Positions 1-10,422 of a stretch of DNA of 64,000 bases are shown one piece after another. Each line of letters begins with the position of its first letter. Position 1 is the stretch's first letter. The DNA is from an uncultured delta proteobacterium (GTDB lineage Bacteria; Myxococcota_A; UBA9160; SZUA-336). Location of the stretch: NCBI GenBank assembly GCA_963704165.1, contig CAVPHD010000009.1:32001-96000 (forward strand), in the 5' to 3' direction. A program made the position numbers and the translations under genes. Below the pieces are notes generated by a model. The model had not been told where the DNA came from, did not search any database, and saw only the letters and a list, made by a program, of their open reading frames with translations.

Positions 1-340
1 TGGCGAAGATCACGTCCTCGTTGCAGAGCGCGTGCAGCTTCTCGTAGAGCTCGCGCTTGGTCTCGAGATCCTCGGGCACGGCCTCGAGCAGGATGTCCGC
101 GTCCTTCATGTCTTCGAGCGCGGCGACGCCGCGGATGCGGCCGAGCGCGGCGTCGTGGTCGGCCTGCGAGATCTTCTCCTTCGAAAGCAGTCGACCGAAA
201 CCCTTCTTGATCGCGGCGAGGCCCTTGTCGACCGAGGCCTGTTTGCGATTCCAGAAGATCACCGCAAAACCCGACTGCGCGGCGACCTGCGCCAGTCCGG
301 CGCCCATCGTCCCGGTTCCGAGTACGCCAAGCGTCTTCAT
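1..340 (-). CDS. hbd: 3-hydroxybutyryl-CoA/3-hydroxyacyl-CoA dehydrogenase (5' part; runs off window)
   Basis: Manual translation from ATG at 340: MKTLGVLGTGTMGAGLAQVAAQSG... with Rossmann GxGxMG and EAVPEDLETK motifs; start overlaps thiolase stop (TGATG). Confidence 0.85.
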   Translation of the reverse strand, partial: MKTLGVLGTGTMGAGLAQVAAQSGFAVIFWNRKQASVDKGLAAIKKGFGRLLSKEKISQADHDAALGRIRGVAALEDMKDADILLEAVPEDLETKRELYEKLHALCNEDVIFA

Positions 341-1515
341 CAGCAGAGCTCCACGGCGAGCGCCACCGCTTCGCCACCGCCGATGCAGAGCGTCGCGATC
401 CCGCGCCGCTTGCCGCGATCGCGGAGCGCGTGCAGGAGCGTCACGAGCACCCGCGCACCCGAGCACCCGATCGGGTGACCGAGCGAGACCGCGCCACCGT
501 GCACGTTCACGGTTTCGAGGTCGATGCCGTGCTCCTTCGCGGCCGCCATCGTCACGCCCGAGAAGGCTTCGTTGATCTCGTACAGGTCCCAGTCGCCGGC
601 CTTCGTCCCGGTCTTCGCGTAGAGATTCGCGAGCGCCTTCACGGGCGCGATCGTGAACCACTCCGGCTCCACCGCGGCCGTCGAGTCCGCGACGATGCGC
701 GCGAACCTCGGCATGCCGAGCTCCGCCGCCTTCTCGGCACTCGTCACGATCAACGCCGCCGCGCCGTCGTTGATCGACGACGCGTTGGCCGCGGTCACCG
801 TGCCCTCCTTCGAGAACGCCGGTCGCAGCCCCGAGAACTTCGACGGATCGCCGCGTCCCGGCTCCTCGTCCTGGTCGACGACCACCGCACCCTTCTTTCC
901 GGCGATCTCGACCGGCACGATCTCGGCCTTGAACTTCCCGCTCGCCTGCGCCGCGCGTGCGCGCCGGTACGATTCGGCGGCGAACGCGTCCTGATCCTCG
1001 CGGCTGAAGCCGTACTTCGCCGCGACCATGTCGCCGCAGTTCCCCATGTGGAAGTTCTTGTACGGATCCCAGAGCCCGTCGTGGATCATCGTGTCGACGA
1101 TCTGGCCGTTGCCCATGCGGTAGCCGCTGCGCGCCTGCGGCAGCACGTACGGCGAGTTGGTCATGCTCTCCATCCCGCCCGCGACGAGGATCTGCGCATC
1201 GCCGACGAGGATCTCGCGCCGCGCGAACATCACGGCTTGCAGACCCGAGCCACAGACCTTGTTCACGGTGATCGCGCCGACCGAGACCGGCAGGCCCGCC
1301 TTGATCACCGCCTGGCGCGCGGGTGCCTGACCCATGCCCGCGGAGAGGACGTTGCCGAGGATCGCGCGCTCGACCTTCTCGGGCTCGATGCCCGCGCGCT
1401 TCACCGCTTCGCGAACGGCGACCGCACCGATCTCCGATGCGGAGAGCGCGCCGAGCGCACCCTGGAACGAACCGATCGGCGTGCGGCACGCGCTGGAAAT
1501 CACGACTTCCGTCAT
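340..1515 (-). CDS. Acetyl-CoA C-acetyltransferase (thiolase)
   Basis: VNKVCGSG, NEAF, GHPIGCSG and CIGGG thiolase motifs; AAGGGGAG upstream of ATG 1515. Confidence 0.95.
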   Translation of the reverse strand: MTEVVISSACRTPIGSFQGALGALSASEIGAVAVREAVKRAGIEPEKVERAILGNVLSAGMGQAPARQAVIKAGLPVSVGAITVNKVCGSGLQAVMFARREILVGDAQILVAGGMESMTNSPYVLPQARSGYRMGNGQIVDTMIHDGLWDPYKNFHMGNCGDMVAAKYGFSREDQDAFAAESYRRARAAQASGKFKAEIVPVEIAGKKGAVVVDQDEEPGRGDPSKFSGLRPAFSKEGTVTAANASSINDGAAALIVTSAEKAAELGMPRFARIVADSTAAVEPEWFTIAPVKALANLYAKTGTKAGDWDLYEINEAFSGVTMAAAKEHGIDLETVNVHGGAVSLGHPIGCSGARVLVTLLHALRDRGKRRGIATLCIGGGEAVALAVELC

Positions 1516-1638
1516 TGCGTAGCTCCCCTTCCCCATGGGCGGTTCTGAACGAATGCGAGCGAAACGACTCCCGACGAGACGGTGCGCTCGAGGCGCAGCA
1601 GGGTTGGCACGCTACACGAACATCGTGCGCTGCGTCAA

Positions 1639-2490
1639 TCAGAGATACCCGAGCTCCCTCGCGCGCTTAGGCCGCTTGGTCCAGTTCTTGTCGAGCTTCA
1701 CCCAGAGCGCCAGGTGAACGGTCTTCGAGAGCCGTTCCGAGAGCCGCTTTCGCGCCTCGATCCCGAGCGCCTTCAGCGCTCCGCCTCCCGCGCCGAGCAC
1801 GATTCCCTTCTGCGATTCCCGCTCGACGAGCAGGTTCGCGCGGATCCGCACCGCGTCGTCGGTCTCGTTCCACTCGTCGATCTCGACGGCCACCGCGTAG
1901 GGGATCTCGTCGCGGTAGAGCTCGTACACGACCTCGCGGATCTGCTCGGCGCCGAGAAAGCGCTGGCTCGCGTCGGTCAGCGTGTCTTCGGGGTACAGCG
2001 CGGGTCCTTCGGGGAGAAGCGCCTCGAGAGCCGCGACGAGCTCGTCGAGGCCCCGACCGGAGACGGCCGACGTCTCGACGATGCTCGCAAAACGTTCCGG
2101 ATGCGGAACGTGGGTACACGGGCCGAGATCGCACTTGGTGCGCGCCAGCACGAGCGGCTTCGCGAGCGAGGCGATGCGCTCCTCGGGCGCGTCCCAGCGG
2201 CCGCCGGCCTCGAAGAGCAGCAGGCGCAGATCCGCGCCTTCGGCCGCCTCGAACGCGCGCTCATTCATCGATTGGTTGAACTTCCGCTCACCGCCGTGAA
2301 CCCCGGGCGTGTCGTGAAACAGGATCTGCACATTCGGTCGCGAGAGCACGCCGAGCATGCGCCCCCGCGTGGTCTGCGCCTTCGCCGACACGATCGCGAG
2401 CTTCTCGCCGAGCAGCGCGTTCAAGAGCTGCGACTTGCCCGCGTTCGGCCGCCCGAGCAGCGCGACGAATCCGCAACGGTGGACGCTCAC
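1639..2490 (-). CDS. era: GTPase Era
   Basis: GRPNAGKS, AQTTR, DTPG, TKCD motifs; C-terminal KH region (SQKGIVLG); follows rnc with GTGA overlap. Confidence 0.95.
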   Translation of the reverse strand: MSVHRCGFVALLGRPNAGKSQLLNALLGEKLAIVSAKAQTTRGRMLGVLSRPNVQILFHDTPGVHGGERKFNQSMNERAFEAAEGADLRLLLFEAGGRWDAPEERIASLAKPLVLARTKCDLGPCTHVPHPERFASIVETSAVSGRGLDELVAALEALLPEGPALYPEDTLTDASQRFLGAEQIREVVYELYRDEIPYAVAVEIDEWNETDDAVRIRANLLVERESQKGIVLGAGGGALKALGIEARKRLSERLSKTVHLALWVKLDKNWTKRPKRARELGYL

Positions 2491-3206
2491 GCGTGATCTC
2501 CGGCGAGAGCGCGAAGCGCATCGCGCGCGGCGACCTGCTCGGCGACTTGCTTCGACGGCCCGCTCCCTTTGCCGCAGACGCTGCCTCCCACCTGCACCAC
2601 GACGCTGAACTCGCGTGCGTGCGGGGGCCCGGACTCGCCCACGGTGAGGTAGGTCGGAAGCTCGAGACCCGCGGCGTGCAGCCACTGCTGGAGCGCGGTC
2701 TTGGCATCGCGCGAGGGAGCCGCGGGGCCGGCGAGAGCGGCCCCGAACTCGCGCGCCAGGAAGGCTCGCGCGACTTCGAATCCGGCATCGAGGTACAGCG
2801 CGCCGACGACCGCCTCGAAGACGTTCGCCAGAATGGAGTCCTTCGCGCGACCGCCTTGTCGCGTCTCGCCGCGACCGAGTCGCACGACCTCGTCGAGACG
2901 GAGCGAGCGCGCGCGTTCCGCGAGAGCGGTACCGTTCACGACGTCGGCCCGCACGTGCGTCAGCGCGCCCTCCGAAGCATCGGGATGGGCCGTCATCGAC
3001 AGCTCCGCGACCACGAGGCCGACGACCGCGTCACCGAGGAACTCGAGCCGCTCGTTGCACGTTTCGGGTGCGCCGTCCTCGTTGGCGCGCGACCGGTGCG
3101 TCAGCGCCTGGGTGAGGAGCTCGGGCCGCGCGAAGCGATGGCCGAGGCGTTCGCAAAGCGCGTCGATCCGCTGCTCACGCGTCCGGGCCAGTGATCCATC
3201 CTCCAC
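2487..3206 (-). CDS. rnc: Ribonuclease III
   Basis: ALTHRS, NERLEFLGDAV, C-terminal dsRBD (DAKTALQ...GPSKQVAEQ); start approximate. Confidence 0.95.
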   Translation of the reverse strand: MEDGSLARTREQRIDALCERLGHRFARPELLTQALTHRSRANEDGAPETCNERLEFLGDAVVGLVVAELSMTAHPDASEGALTHVRADVVNGTALAERARSLRLDEVVRLGRGETRQGGRAKDSILANVFEAVVGALYLDAGFEVARAFLAREFGAALAGPAAPSRDAKTALQQWLHAAGLELPTYLTVGESGPPHAREFSVVVQVGGSVCGKGSGPSKQVAEQVAARDALRALAGDHA

Positions 3207-4263
3207 CGAGGACCCGTTCGTCCGCGGCGTCGTACACGACGGCGGCCTGCCCCGCGGCCGGCGCCCAGACGGCCGAGTCGAAGCGGACCTCTGCCACGTC
3301 GCCGGGTCCCGCCTCGATCTCTGCCGACACAGACTTGTGTCGATGACGGACCGCGACGCGGACCGGCCCCGACGGCGCCTCGCCATCGAAGAACGAGACG
3401 TTCCGCATGCGCACGCGCCGCGACTCAAGCGCCTGCGCGCGATCGACCACCAGCCGGTTCTCGGCGAGGCGAACCTCGCGCACGTACCAGGGCCCGCCGG
3501 ACAGGCCAAGCCCGCGGCGTTGCCCGGGTGTGTAGCCGATCGCGCCGCCGTGGCGGCCGAGCTCCGTGCCATCCGCGCTCGTGATCGGCCCCGGCGCCGG
3601 GTCGGAGCCGGGCGCGATCCGCGCGAGAGCGGCGCGGACGTCGCCGTCCGGAACGAAGCAGATGCCCTGGCTCTCGGGCTTCTCCGCCGTCGCGAGTCCG
3701 AGCTCGCGCGCCAGCACGCGCACCTCGGATTTCTCGAGATCGCCGAGCGGAAAAGCGATGCGGTCGAGCGACTCGCGCGGCAGATCGAAGAGGAAATACG
3801 TCTGATCCTTTTCGCGATCGCGCGGACGGTAGAGCCCCGCTCCACCGTCGGGTGCCTTCGCGATCCGGGCGTAGTGGCCGGTCGCGACGCCTCTCGCCCC
3901 GAGCGCCTCGGCTCGGCGCAGCAGGAGGTCGAACTTCAGCACGCGATTGCACGCGATGCACGGAATCGGCGTGCGACCGGCGGCGTACTCGGCCGCGAAC
4001 GGCTCGATCACCGCCTCGCGGAATTCGGCTCGGTAGTTCGCGGTGTAGTGCCGGACCCCGAGCGCACGCGCGACGTCGCGCGCGTCCTCGGCATCCGGGA
4101 GGCCGCAGCACTTCTTCGCGGAGCGCGGGACGAAATCACGCGCGGATCCTTCGCCGAGGTCCATCGTGACGCCGACGACGTCGTGTCCGGCCCGGGCCAG
4201 GATCGCCGCAGCCACGGACGAATCCACGCCGCCGCTCATCGCGACGAGCCAGCGCTCGCTCAA
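3175..4263 (-). CDS. mnmA: tRNA-specific 2-thiouridylase MnmA
   Basis: AMSGGVDSS, TPIPCIACN, ATGHYA, KDQTYFL, ESQGICF; TTG start overlapping the desulfurase stop. Confidence 0.95.
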   Translation of the reverse strand: MSERWLVAMSGGVDSSVAAAILARAGHDVVGVTMDLGEGSARDFVPRSAKKCCGLPDAEDARDVARALGVRHYTANYRAEFREAVIEPFAAEYAAGRTPIPCIACNRVLKFDLLLRRAEALGARGVATGHYARIAKAPDGGAGLYRPRDREKDQTYFLFDLPRESLDRIAFPLGDLEKSEVRVLARELGLATAEKPESQGICFVPDGDVRAALARIAPGSDPAPGPITSADGTELGRHGGAIGYTPGQRRGLGLSGGPWYVREVRLAENRLVVDRAQALESRRVRMRNVSFFDGEAPSGPVRVAVRHRHKSVSAEIEAGPGDVAEVRFDSAVWAPAAGQAAVVYDAADERVLGGGWITGPDA

Positions 4264-5411
4264 GCCGCCCTCGCCTTGCGAACGCGCGCCACGACTCGCG
4301 GAAGGACGTCGAGCACGCGTGCAATCGCAGCGTCGTCGATTCCAGGCCCGAAGCTGAAGCGAAGCGCGCTCGTGCCGAGCTCGCGAGAGAGCCCCATCGC
4401 CGAGAGCACGTGCGAGGGTTCGGTCGAGCCTGCGTGGCAGGCGGCGCCCGTCGCGACCGCGATCCCCTCGAGATCGAGCGCCTCGACGAGCGTCTCCCCC
4501 GAGGCGCCGGGGAACGAGACGTTCAGCGTGTGCGCGAGCGACTTCTCGCGCGAGGAATTCCGCACCACATCGGGAACGGCTTCGTACAAGCCCTGCCAGA
4601 GCCGCTCGCGCAGCCGCTCGTGTCGCGCCCGGGCCAGCTCGAGATCGGCGTGGGCGGACTCGCAAGCCGCGCCGAAGCCGACGATGCCGGGCACGTTCTC
4701 GGTCCCCGGCCGTCGCCCCTTCTCCTGCGATCCCCCGCGGAGAAGCGGTGTCAGCTCGACGCCCGGACGGACGTAGAGCGCGCCAACGCCTTTCGGGCCA
4801 CCGAGCTTGTGCGCGGAGAACGACGCGTAGTCGACGGGCAGGCTCCCGAGATCGAGGGAAAGCTTGCCCAGCGCCTGGACCGCGTCGCTGTGGAACGGGA
4901 CGCCCTGGGCCGCCGCGAGCCTCGCAAGCTCCGCGATCGGGTGGATCACGCCCGTCTCGTTGTTTGCCCACATCACCGATGCGAGCCGCGTCGCGGAGGT
5001 GAGCGAAGCTTCGAATCGGGCCGGATCGAGTCCCCCGTCGGACTCCACCGGAAGGATCGTGACGCGACAGCCTTCGTCCGCGAGCGCCCGGACCTCTTCG
5101 AGCACCGCGGGATGCTCCGTCGCGCAGGTGACGAGGTGGACATCCCGCGCCCCCGAAGCGCGGGCCGCGTGGCGAAACACGGTGTTGTTCGCCTCCGTCG
5201 CGCCGCTGGTGAAGACGATCGATTCCGGTGTCGAACCCAGGCTATCTGCGACCTGCTTGCGCGCGCGTGCGAGCGCAGCGCGCGCGGCGGCGCCGAACGC
5301 GTGGGCACTCGACGGGTTGCCGTGGGCGTGCTCGAGCACCTTGGCCATCTCGCGCTGTGCTTCCGGCCGGACGGGCGCGGTTGCGTTGTAGTCGAGGTAG
5401 ATATCGCTCAT
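4260..5411 (-). CDS. iscS: Cysteine desulfurase (IscS/NifS family)
   Basis: YLDYNATAP, FTSGATE, HSDAVQ, SAHKLGGPKG, TGAACH; adjacent to mnmA. Confidence 0.92.
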   Translation of the reverse strand: MSDIYLDYNATAPVRPEAQREMAKVLEHAHGNPSSAHAFGAAARAALARARKQVADSLGSTPESIVFTSGATEANNTVFRHAARASGARDVHLVTCATEHPAVLEEVRALADEGCRVTILPVESDGGLDPARFEASLTSATRLASVMWANNETGVIHPIAELARLAAAQGVPFHSDAVQALGKLSLDLGSLPVDYASFSAHKLGGPKGVGALYVRPGVELTPLLRGGSQEKGRRPGTENVPGIVGFGAACESAHADLELARARHERLRERLWQGLYEAVPDVVRNSSREKSLAHTLNVSFPGASGETLVEALDLEGIAVATGAACHAGSTEPSHVLSAMGLSRELGTSALRFSFGPGIDDAAIARVLDVLPRVVARVRKARAA

Positions 5412-5607
5412 GCGCAGGACAGGGTAGCGAGTTTCGCCGCTGGGTAGCCGGCGTCCGCTTCCGACACCCGATTCGCCCCCCGTCGCAGATCGCGCGCTCG
5501 CTGCGCGGCGCGTGCGGCGGGCACGCGATTTGCTCTCTCGAGCGCCCGGGTCGGCCGCTTCATCCGGGCGTTCTCCTTGCTGCACCGGCTGCGAACGTCG
5601 ATCCAAC

Positions 5608-6052
5608 TCAACTCGAAATCCCGACTCCACAGGCCGGATCCGTCCCCACCGCGAACAGGTGGGGGCGGATCCGGTCGATCGTTTTCGGGCCGATTCCGGG
5701 AACGCGGCGCGCGAGCGCATCGATCGAATCGAAGGCACCGCCGCGCTCTCGCTCCCCGGTGATCGCGCGCGCGCGCGTGGGACCGATTCCCGGAACACGC
5801 TCGAGCGCCTCCGCGCTCGCCAGGTTCAGGGGCTGCGGCAGTCCGAGCGCGGCCCGCGCATCGGCGGGCAGCTCCGTACAGGCACAGGCCGGCGCCGAGG
5901 CGAAGTCCCCCAGCCGGCAGCTCGACGCCATCGTGCACGAGCGCGAGCGTGCCGGGCGCGGTCGGGACGCGTGCGCCGAGCACGGCGAACCAGGCGATCG
6001 CGGCCCAGAGCAGCGCGCGCACCGCCGTCGTCTCGCCGACGCGCGGGTCCAC
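5608..6052 (-). CDS. ComEA-family helix-hairpin-helix DNA-binding protein (frameshifted between N-terminal TM part and HhH part)
   Basis: LNLASAEALERVPGIGPTRARAI and RVPGIGPKT HhH repeats; hydrophobic N-terminus in a different frame. Confidence 0.75.
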
Positions 6053-6055
6053 GCG

Positions 6056-7294
6056 CTAGCCCGCCTCGGCCTCGGGGGCGACGCCGCCGAGCTCGAAAGC
6101 GTCGTGCAGGGCTCGACAGGCGAGCTCGGTGTACTTCTCGTCGATCACGACCGAGATCTTGATCTCCGAGGTGCCGATCATCTGGATGTTCACTCCGTGC
6201 TCCGAGAGCACCGAGAACATCTTCCCAGCGACGCCGGCGTGGTCCTTCATGCCGAGACCGACGACCGAGACCTTCGCGATCGCGCCGTCCGACTTCACGC
6301 CCGCCGCGCCGAGCGCACGCGCGATTCCCTCGACGAGCACGAGCGCGCGCTGCATGTCTCCGCGCCCGACCGTGAACGTCACGTCGGTGTGGCCCTGCGT
6401 CGAAACGTTCTGCACGATCATGTCGACGACGACGCCCGCATCGGAGAGCGGCACGAAGATCCTCGCCGCGATTCCCGGCACGTCCGGTACACCGAAGATC
6501 GTGACCTTCGCCTCGTTGCGGTTGTAGGTGACGCTCGACACGACGAGCCGCTCGATCACTTCACTCTCCGGAACCACCCAGGTGCCCTCCTCGTCGCTGA
6601 ACGTGCTGCGCACGTGGATCGGAACGCGGTACTTCATGCCGATCTTCGCCGAGCGTACGGCGAGCACCTTCGCACCCAGGCTCGCCATCTCGAGAACCTC
6701 GTCGTACGAGATCCGCTCGAGCTTTCGCGCGTTCGGAACGATGCGCGGGTCGCTCGTGAAGATGCCCGTGACGTCGGTGAAGATCTCGCACACGTCCGCG
6801 CGCAGCGCAGCCGCGAGTGCGACCGCAGTCGTGTCGGAGGCGCCGCGGCCGAGCGTCGTGATCTCGCCTCCATCGGTCACACCCTGGAAGCCGGGCAGGA
6901 CCGGAACACCGCCGCGCGAGAGCTCATCGCGAATTCGCGCGCCATCGATCCGCAGAATTCGCGCGCGCGCGTGATCGTCGTCGGTCTGCACCTTCACCTG
7001 CGCGCTCGTGTAGCTGCGCGAGGGCACGCCGAGGCTCTGGATCGCCATCGCGGTGAGCGCGATCGTCTGCTGCTCGCCGGTCGATACGAGCATGTCGTAC
7101 TCGCGCGGATCCGGACTCGACGAGATCTCGTTCGCGTACGCGACGAGCTGATCGGTGACGCCGGCCATCGCGGAGACGACCACCACGACGTCGTTGCCGC
7201 GCTTCCGCGTCTCCACCACGCGCCGCGCCACGTTGAGGATGCGTTCGACCCCCGCCACCGAGGTGCCGCCGAACTTCTGGACGATCAAGGCCAT
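6056..7294 (-). CDS. lysC: Aspartate kinase
   Basis: [29 protein letters not shown], two ACT domains (TSEIKIS). Confidence 0.96.
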   Translation of the reverse strand: MALIVQKFGGTSVAGVERILNVARRVVETRKRGNDVVVVVSAMAGVTDQLVAYANEISSSPDPREYDMLVSTGEQQTIALTAMAIQSLGVPSRSYTSAQVKVQTDDDHARARILRIDGARIRDELSRGGVPVLPGFQGVTDGGEITTLGRGASDTTAVALAAALRADVCEIFTDVTGIFTSDPRIVPNARKLERISYDEVLEMASLGAKVLAVRSAKIGMKYRVPIHVRSTFSDEEGTWVVPESEVIERLVVSSVTYNRNEAKVTIFGVPDVPGIAARIFVPLSDAGVVVDMIVQNVSTQGHTDVTFTVGRGDMQRALVLVEGIARALGAAGVKSDGAIAKVSVVGLGMKDHAGVAGKMFSVLSEHGVNIQMIGTSEIKISVVIDEKYTELACRALHDAFELGGVAPEAEAG

Positions 7295-7770
7295 CGCGCT
7301 TCGAGTTCCTCTCTGGATCTGTGCCGCCCGCTCGCCCCGCGCCTCGATCCGGATCTGACGCTCCTCGGGCTCCGGCCCCGGCTCGATGCGGATCTCGAGA
7401 CGGTCGCCGGGCAGCACTTCGGGGAAGCGCTCGGGCCACTCGACGACGAGTACGCCGGTCGCGTCACACAGGTCGTCGAAGCCGGCGTCGAGCAGGCGAG
7501 CGTAGCTTTCTACCCGATAGAAATCCGCGTGTCGAAGCCACGCACGCGCCGGGTACTCGGCCACGATCCCGAACGTCGGGCTCGTCACCGCCACGCGCGG
7601 ATCGACGCCGAGCCCCTCGGCCAGCCCCTGTACGAGACAGGTCTTGCCCGCCCCGAGGGGCCCTTCGAGCGCCGACGACGTCGCCCGCCGCGGAGTAGCT
7701 CGCCGAGGACTCGGCCGAGTCGCCGGGTCTCGTCCGGGCTACGGGAAGAACGACGATGGTCCCGGCTCAT
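7285..7770 (-). CDS. tsaE: tRNA threonylcarbamoyladenosine biosynthesis ATPase TsaE (frameshifted)
   Basis: Pieces across frames: [37 protein letters not shown]. Confidence 0.85.
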
Positions 7771-9344
7771 CCGGCTCTCCTCGACCACGGAGAAGCGGCC
7801 TGCCATGCGTCGGGAATGCGGCTCGCCAGCTCCGACGCCAGCCCGCCCACGCTCGGCCCGAGATCGCCCGCGAGCCCGTGCAGATAGGCGCCCACGCGCG
7901 CGGCGTCCCAGGCGCGAAGCCCCTGCGCGAGCAGCGCGCCGAGCAGCCCGGCGAGCACGTCGCCCGAACCGCCCGCGGCCAGGCCCGGCCCACCGGTCGG
8001 GTTCACACAGATCTCACCGTCCGGCGCCGCGATCACGCTGCGGGCGCCCTTCAGGACGGTGACCGCGCCGCTCCGCGAGGCGATCGCGCGCGCCGCAGCC
8101 GCCCGGTCGGCCTGGATCGCTGCGGCCGACGATCCGAGCAGCCGCGCGGCCTCGCCGGGATGCGGCGTCAGGATCCGTGGCGCGGACGAGCGCAGATCCT
8201 CGGGCTCGCCCGCGAAGGCGTTCAGGCCGTCGGCGTCGACGACCGCCGGAACGCCGCGCGCGCGCGAGCAGCGCGCGCGCGAGCGCAGCCGAGATCGGCG
8301 TCCTGCCCGAGACCCGGCCCGAGCACGAGCGCGTCGCGCGCGCCGATCTCGCGAGCGAGCGCGTCGAGATGCGCGACGCCGAGCGCCGCGGCCGGGACCG
8401 TCGTCGAGCACGACGCACATCGCTCTGTCGAGCCGGCTCGCGTAGATCGGGAAGCAGATCCCGAGGCGAAGCGACGCTGACCAGGCCGGCGCCTCCGCGC
8501 AGCGCGCCCTGGGCGGCGAGCAGAACGGCGCCCGTCTTGCCGGCCGAGCCGCCGACGACGCCCACGTGCCCGAACGTCCCCTTGTGCGCCGCGAGCGGTC
8601 GGTCGGGCAGGAGCGCCCTCGCGGCATCGCGCGACAGCACGTGCGCGCGGACGTTCGCGCGCTCGACGGATTCCGCCGGCAAGCCGATGTCCGCGACCAG
8701 AATTCGCGCCCGGGTCGGGTACAGAGCGCGAGGCCGAGCTTGGGAGCTCCGAACGTCACGATCAGATCGGCGTCGAGAATCATGCCGAGCGACCTGGCCG
8801 GTCTCGCTCGAGAGGCCCGACGGCAGATCCACCGCCACACAGGGCCGGCCGCTCGCGCGCGAGCGCGCGCATCATCTCGGCGGTCCGGCCCGTCCACCGG
8901 GCGTGCGAGCCCGCTGCCGAAGATCGCGTCGACGACCAGGTCGCACGCCTCGAGCCAGGTCGCGAGCTCGGACGCGCTCTCGGCCCGACGGATCTCGACA
9001 CCCGCGGCCTCGAGCCGCTCGCGGTTCGTCTTGGCCTCGGGGCTCTGCGACGCGCGACTCGCCAGGTCGAGCACGACCGGCAGCGACGCCGCGGCCCTGC
9101 TCGGCCAGCACGCGCGCGACGACGTAGCCGTCGCCGCCGTTGTTTCCGCCACCGCAGACGACGAGCGGCCGGCGCGCGTCGGGGAAGGACCGCGCGATCG
9201 CCTCGGCGACCGCGCGGCCCGCCGTCTCCATCAGCGTGAGGCCGGGAATGCCGAGGCGCTCGATCGCGTCGCGGTCGATCGCGCGCATCTCCGCTCCCGT
9301 CGGGCACGACCCAGACACGCGCGTGCGCGGCCGAGCGCACTCAC
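7767..9344 (-). CDS. nnr: Bifunctional NAD(P)H-hydrate epimerase/dehydratase (multiple frameshifts)
   Basis: [59 protein letters not shown] in successive frames. Confidence 0.88.
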
Positions 9345-9719
9345 GCTCCGACCTCGACCCAGACGCTGGCGAGCGCGAAGTCGGCGTCGTGGGTGAGCGA
9401 GAGAAGATCTCGAGCGACTCCCCCGGCTCCGCCTCGCGCATGACCAGAACGCGGCTCGCCGCTGCGCCGCCGCGCGACCTCGAGACCCGCGAGCGGAAGC
9501 GCCCGGCCGAGCACGCCGCGAAGCGCGGCGCGACCGGCGCACTTCGCGGCGAAGCGCCCGGCGAGGTTCTGCCAGCCCGATTTCTTGCGACGCGCGTAGG
9601 CGATCTCGGCGGGACTGAACACGCGTGCGAGCATCGCGCTCGCCCCGGCGCTCGAGCGCGGCGCGGAAGCGCGGCACCTCGACGCCTGCGAGTCCGACCC
9701 CCCTAAGCGCGCCCGACAA
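9341..9719 (-). CDS. acpS: Holo-[acyl-carrier-protein] synthase (frameshifted)
   Basis: [34 protein letters not shown]; position after pdxJ. Confidence 0.8.
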
Positions 9720-10422
9720 GCTGCTTCATCTCGCGCACGGCCCGCTCCATGCCGACGTAGATCGCGCGCGACACGATCGAGTGTCCGATCGAGAACTCGT
9801 CGATCAGGTCGTTCTCGGCCAGCTTCCCGACGTTGCGGTAGTCGAGTCCGTGACCGACGCCGATCTCGAGCTTGAGCTTGGCGGCGAGCCGCACGGCGTC
9901 TTCGATCTGCGTCAGCACGGCTTCGTGATCCGGACCCCGTTCGCAGTAGCGGCCGGTGTGGATCTCGACCGCACGCGCACCGACGCGATGCGCGGCCTTG
10001 ATCTGTTCGAGATCGGGCTCGACGAAGAGGCACGTGCGGATGTCCGAATCGTGCAGCGCTCGGGCGATCTCACCGATCTCGCCGATCCGACTCTGGACGT
10101 CGAGCCCGCCCTCGGTGGTGAGCTCCTCGCGCCGTTCCGGCACGAGCGTCACCGAATCGGGCCGGACGTCGAGGGCGACCTTCAACATCTCCTGGGTGCC
10201 CGCCATCTCGAGGCAGAGCCGACCGTGAACGGTCTGGCGCAGCACGCGCAGGTCGCGGTCCTGGATGTGGCGGCGGTCCTCGCGCAGGTGGACGACGATC
10301 CCGTCGGCCCCCCCGAGCAACGCGAGCGTCGCGGCGGTCACGGGATCCGGCTCGACGCCCTGTCGCGCCTGCCGCACGGTAGCGACGTGATCGACGTTCA
10401 CGACGAGCCGGCGTTCCGACAT
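9703..10422 (-). CDS. pdxJ: Pyridoxine 5'-phosphate synthase
   Basis: VNVDHVATVRQAR, HLREDRRHI, LTTEGG, GHGL, IGHSI. Confidence 0.97.
   Translation of the reverse strand: MSERRLVVNVDHVATVRQARQGVEPDPVTAATLALLGGADGIVVHLREDRRHIQDRDLRVLRQTVHGRLCLEMAGTQEMLKVALDVRPDSVTLVPERREELTTEGGLDVQSRIGEIGEIARALHDSDIRTCLFVEPDLEQIKAAHRVGARAVEIHTGRYCERGPDHEAVLTQIEDAVRLAAKLKLEIGVGHGLDYRNVGKLAENDLIDEFSIGHSIVSRAIYVGMERAVREMKQLVGRA

Noticed and set aside
6056..7594. Apparent TsaE-aspartate kinase fusion in the ORF track
   Set aside because: tsaE is already frameshifted upstream, and an alternative frame stops at 7285 just past the lysC ATG; an indel artefact is more likely
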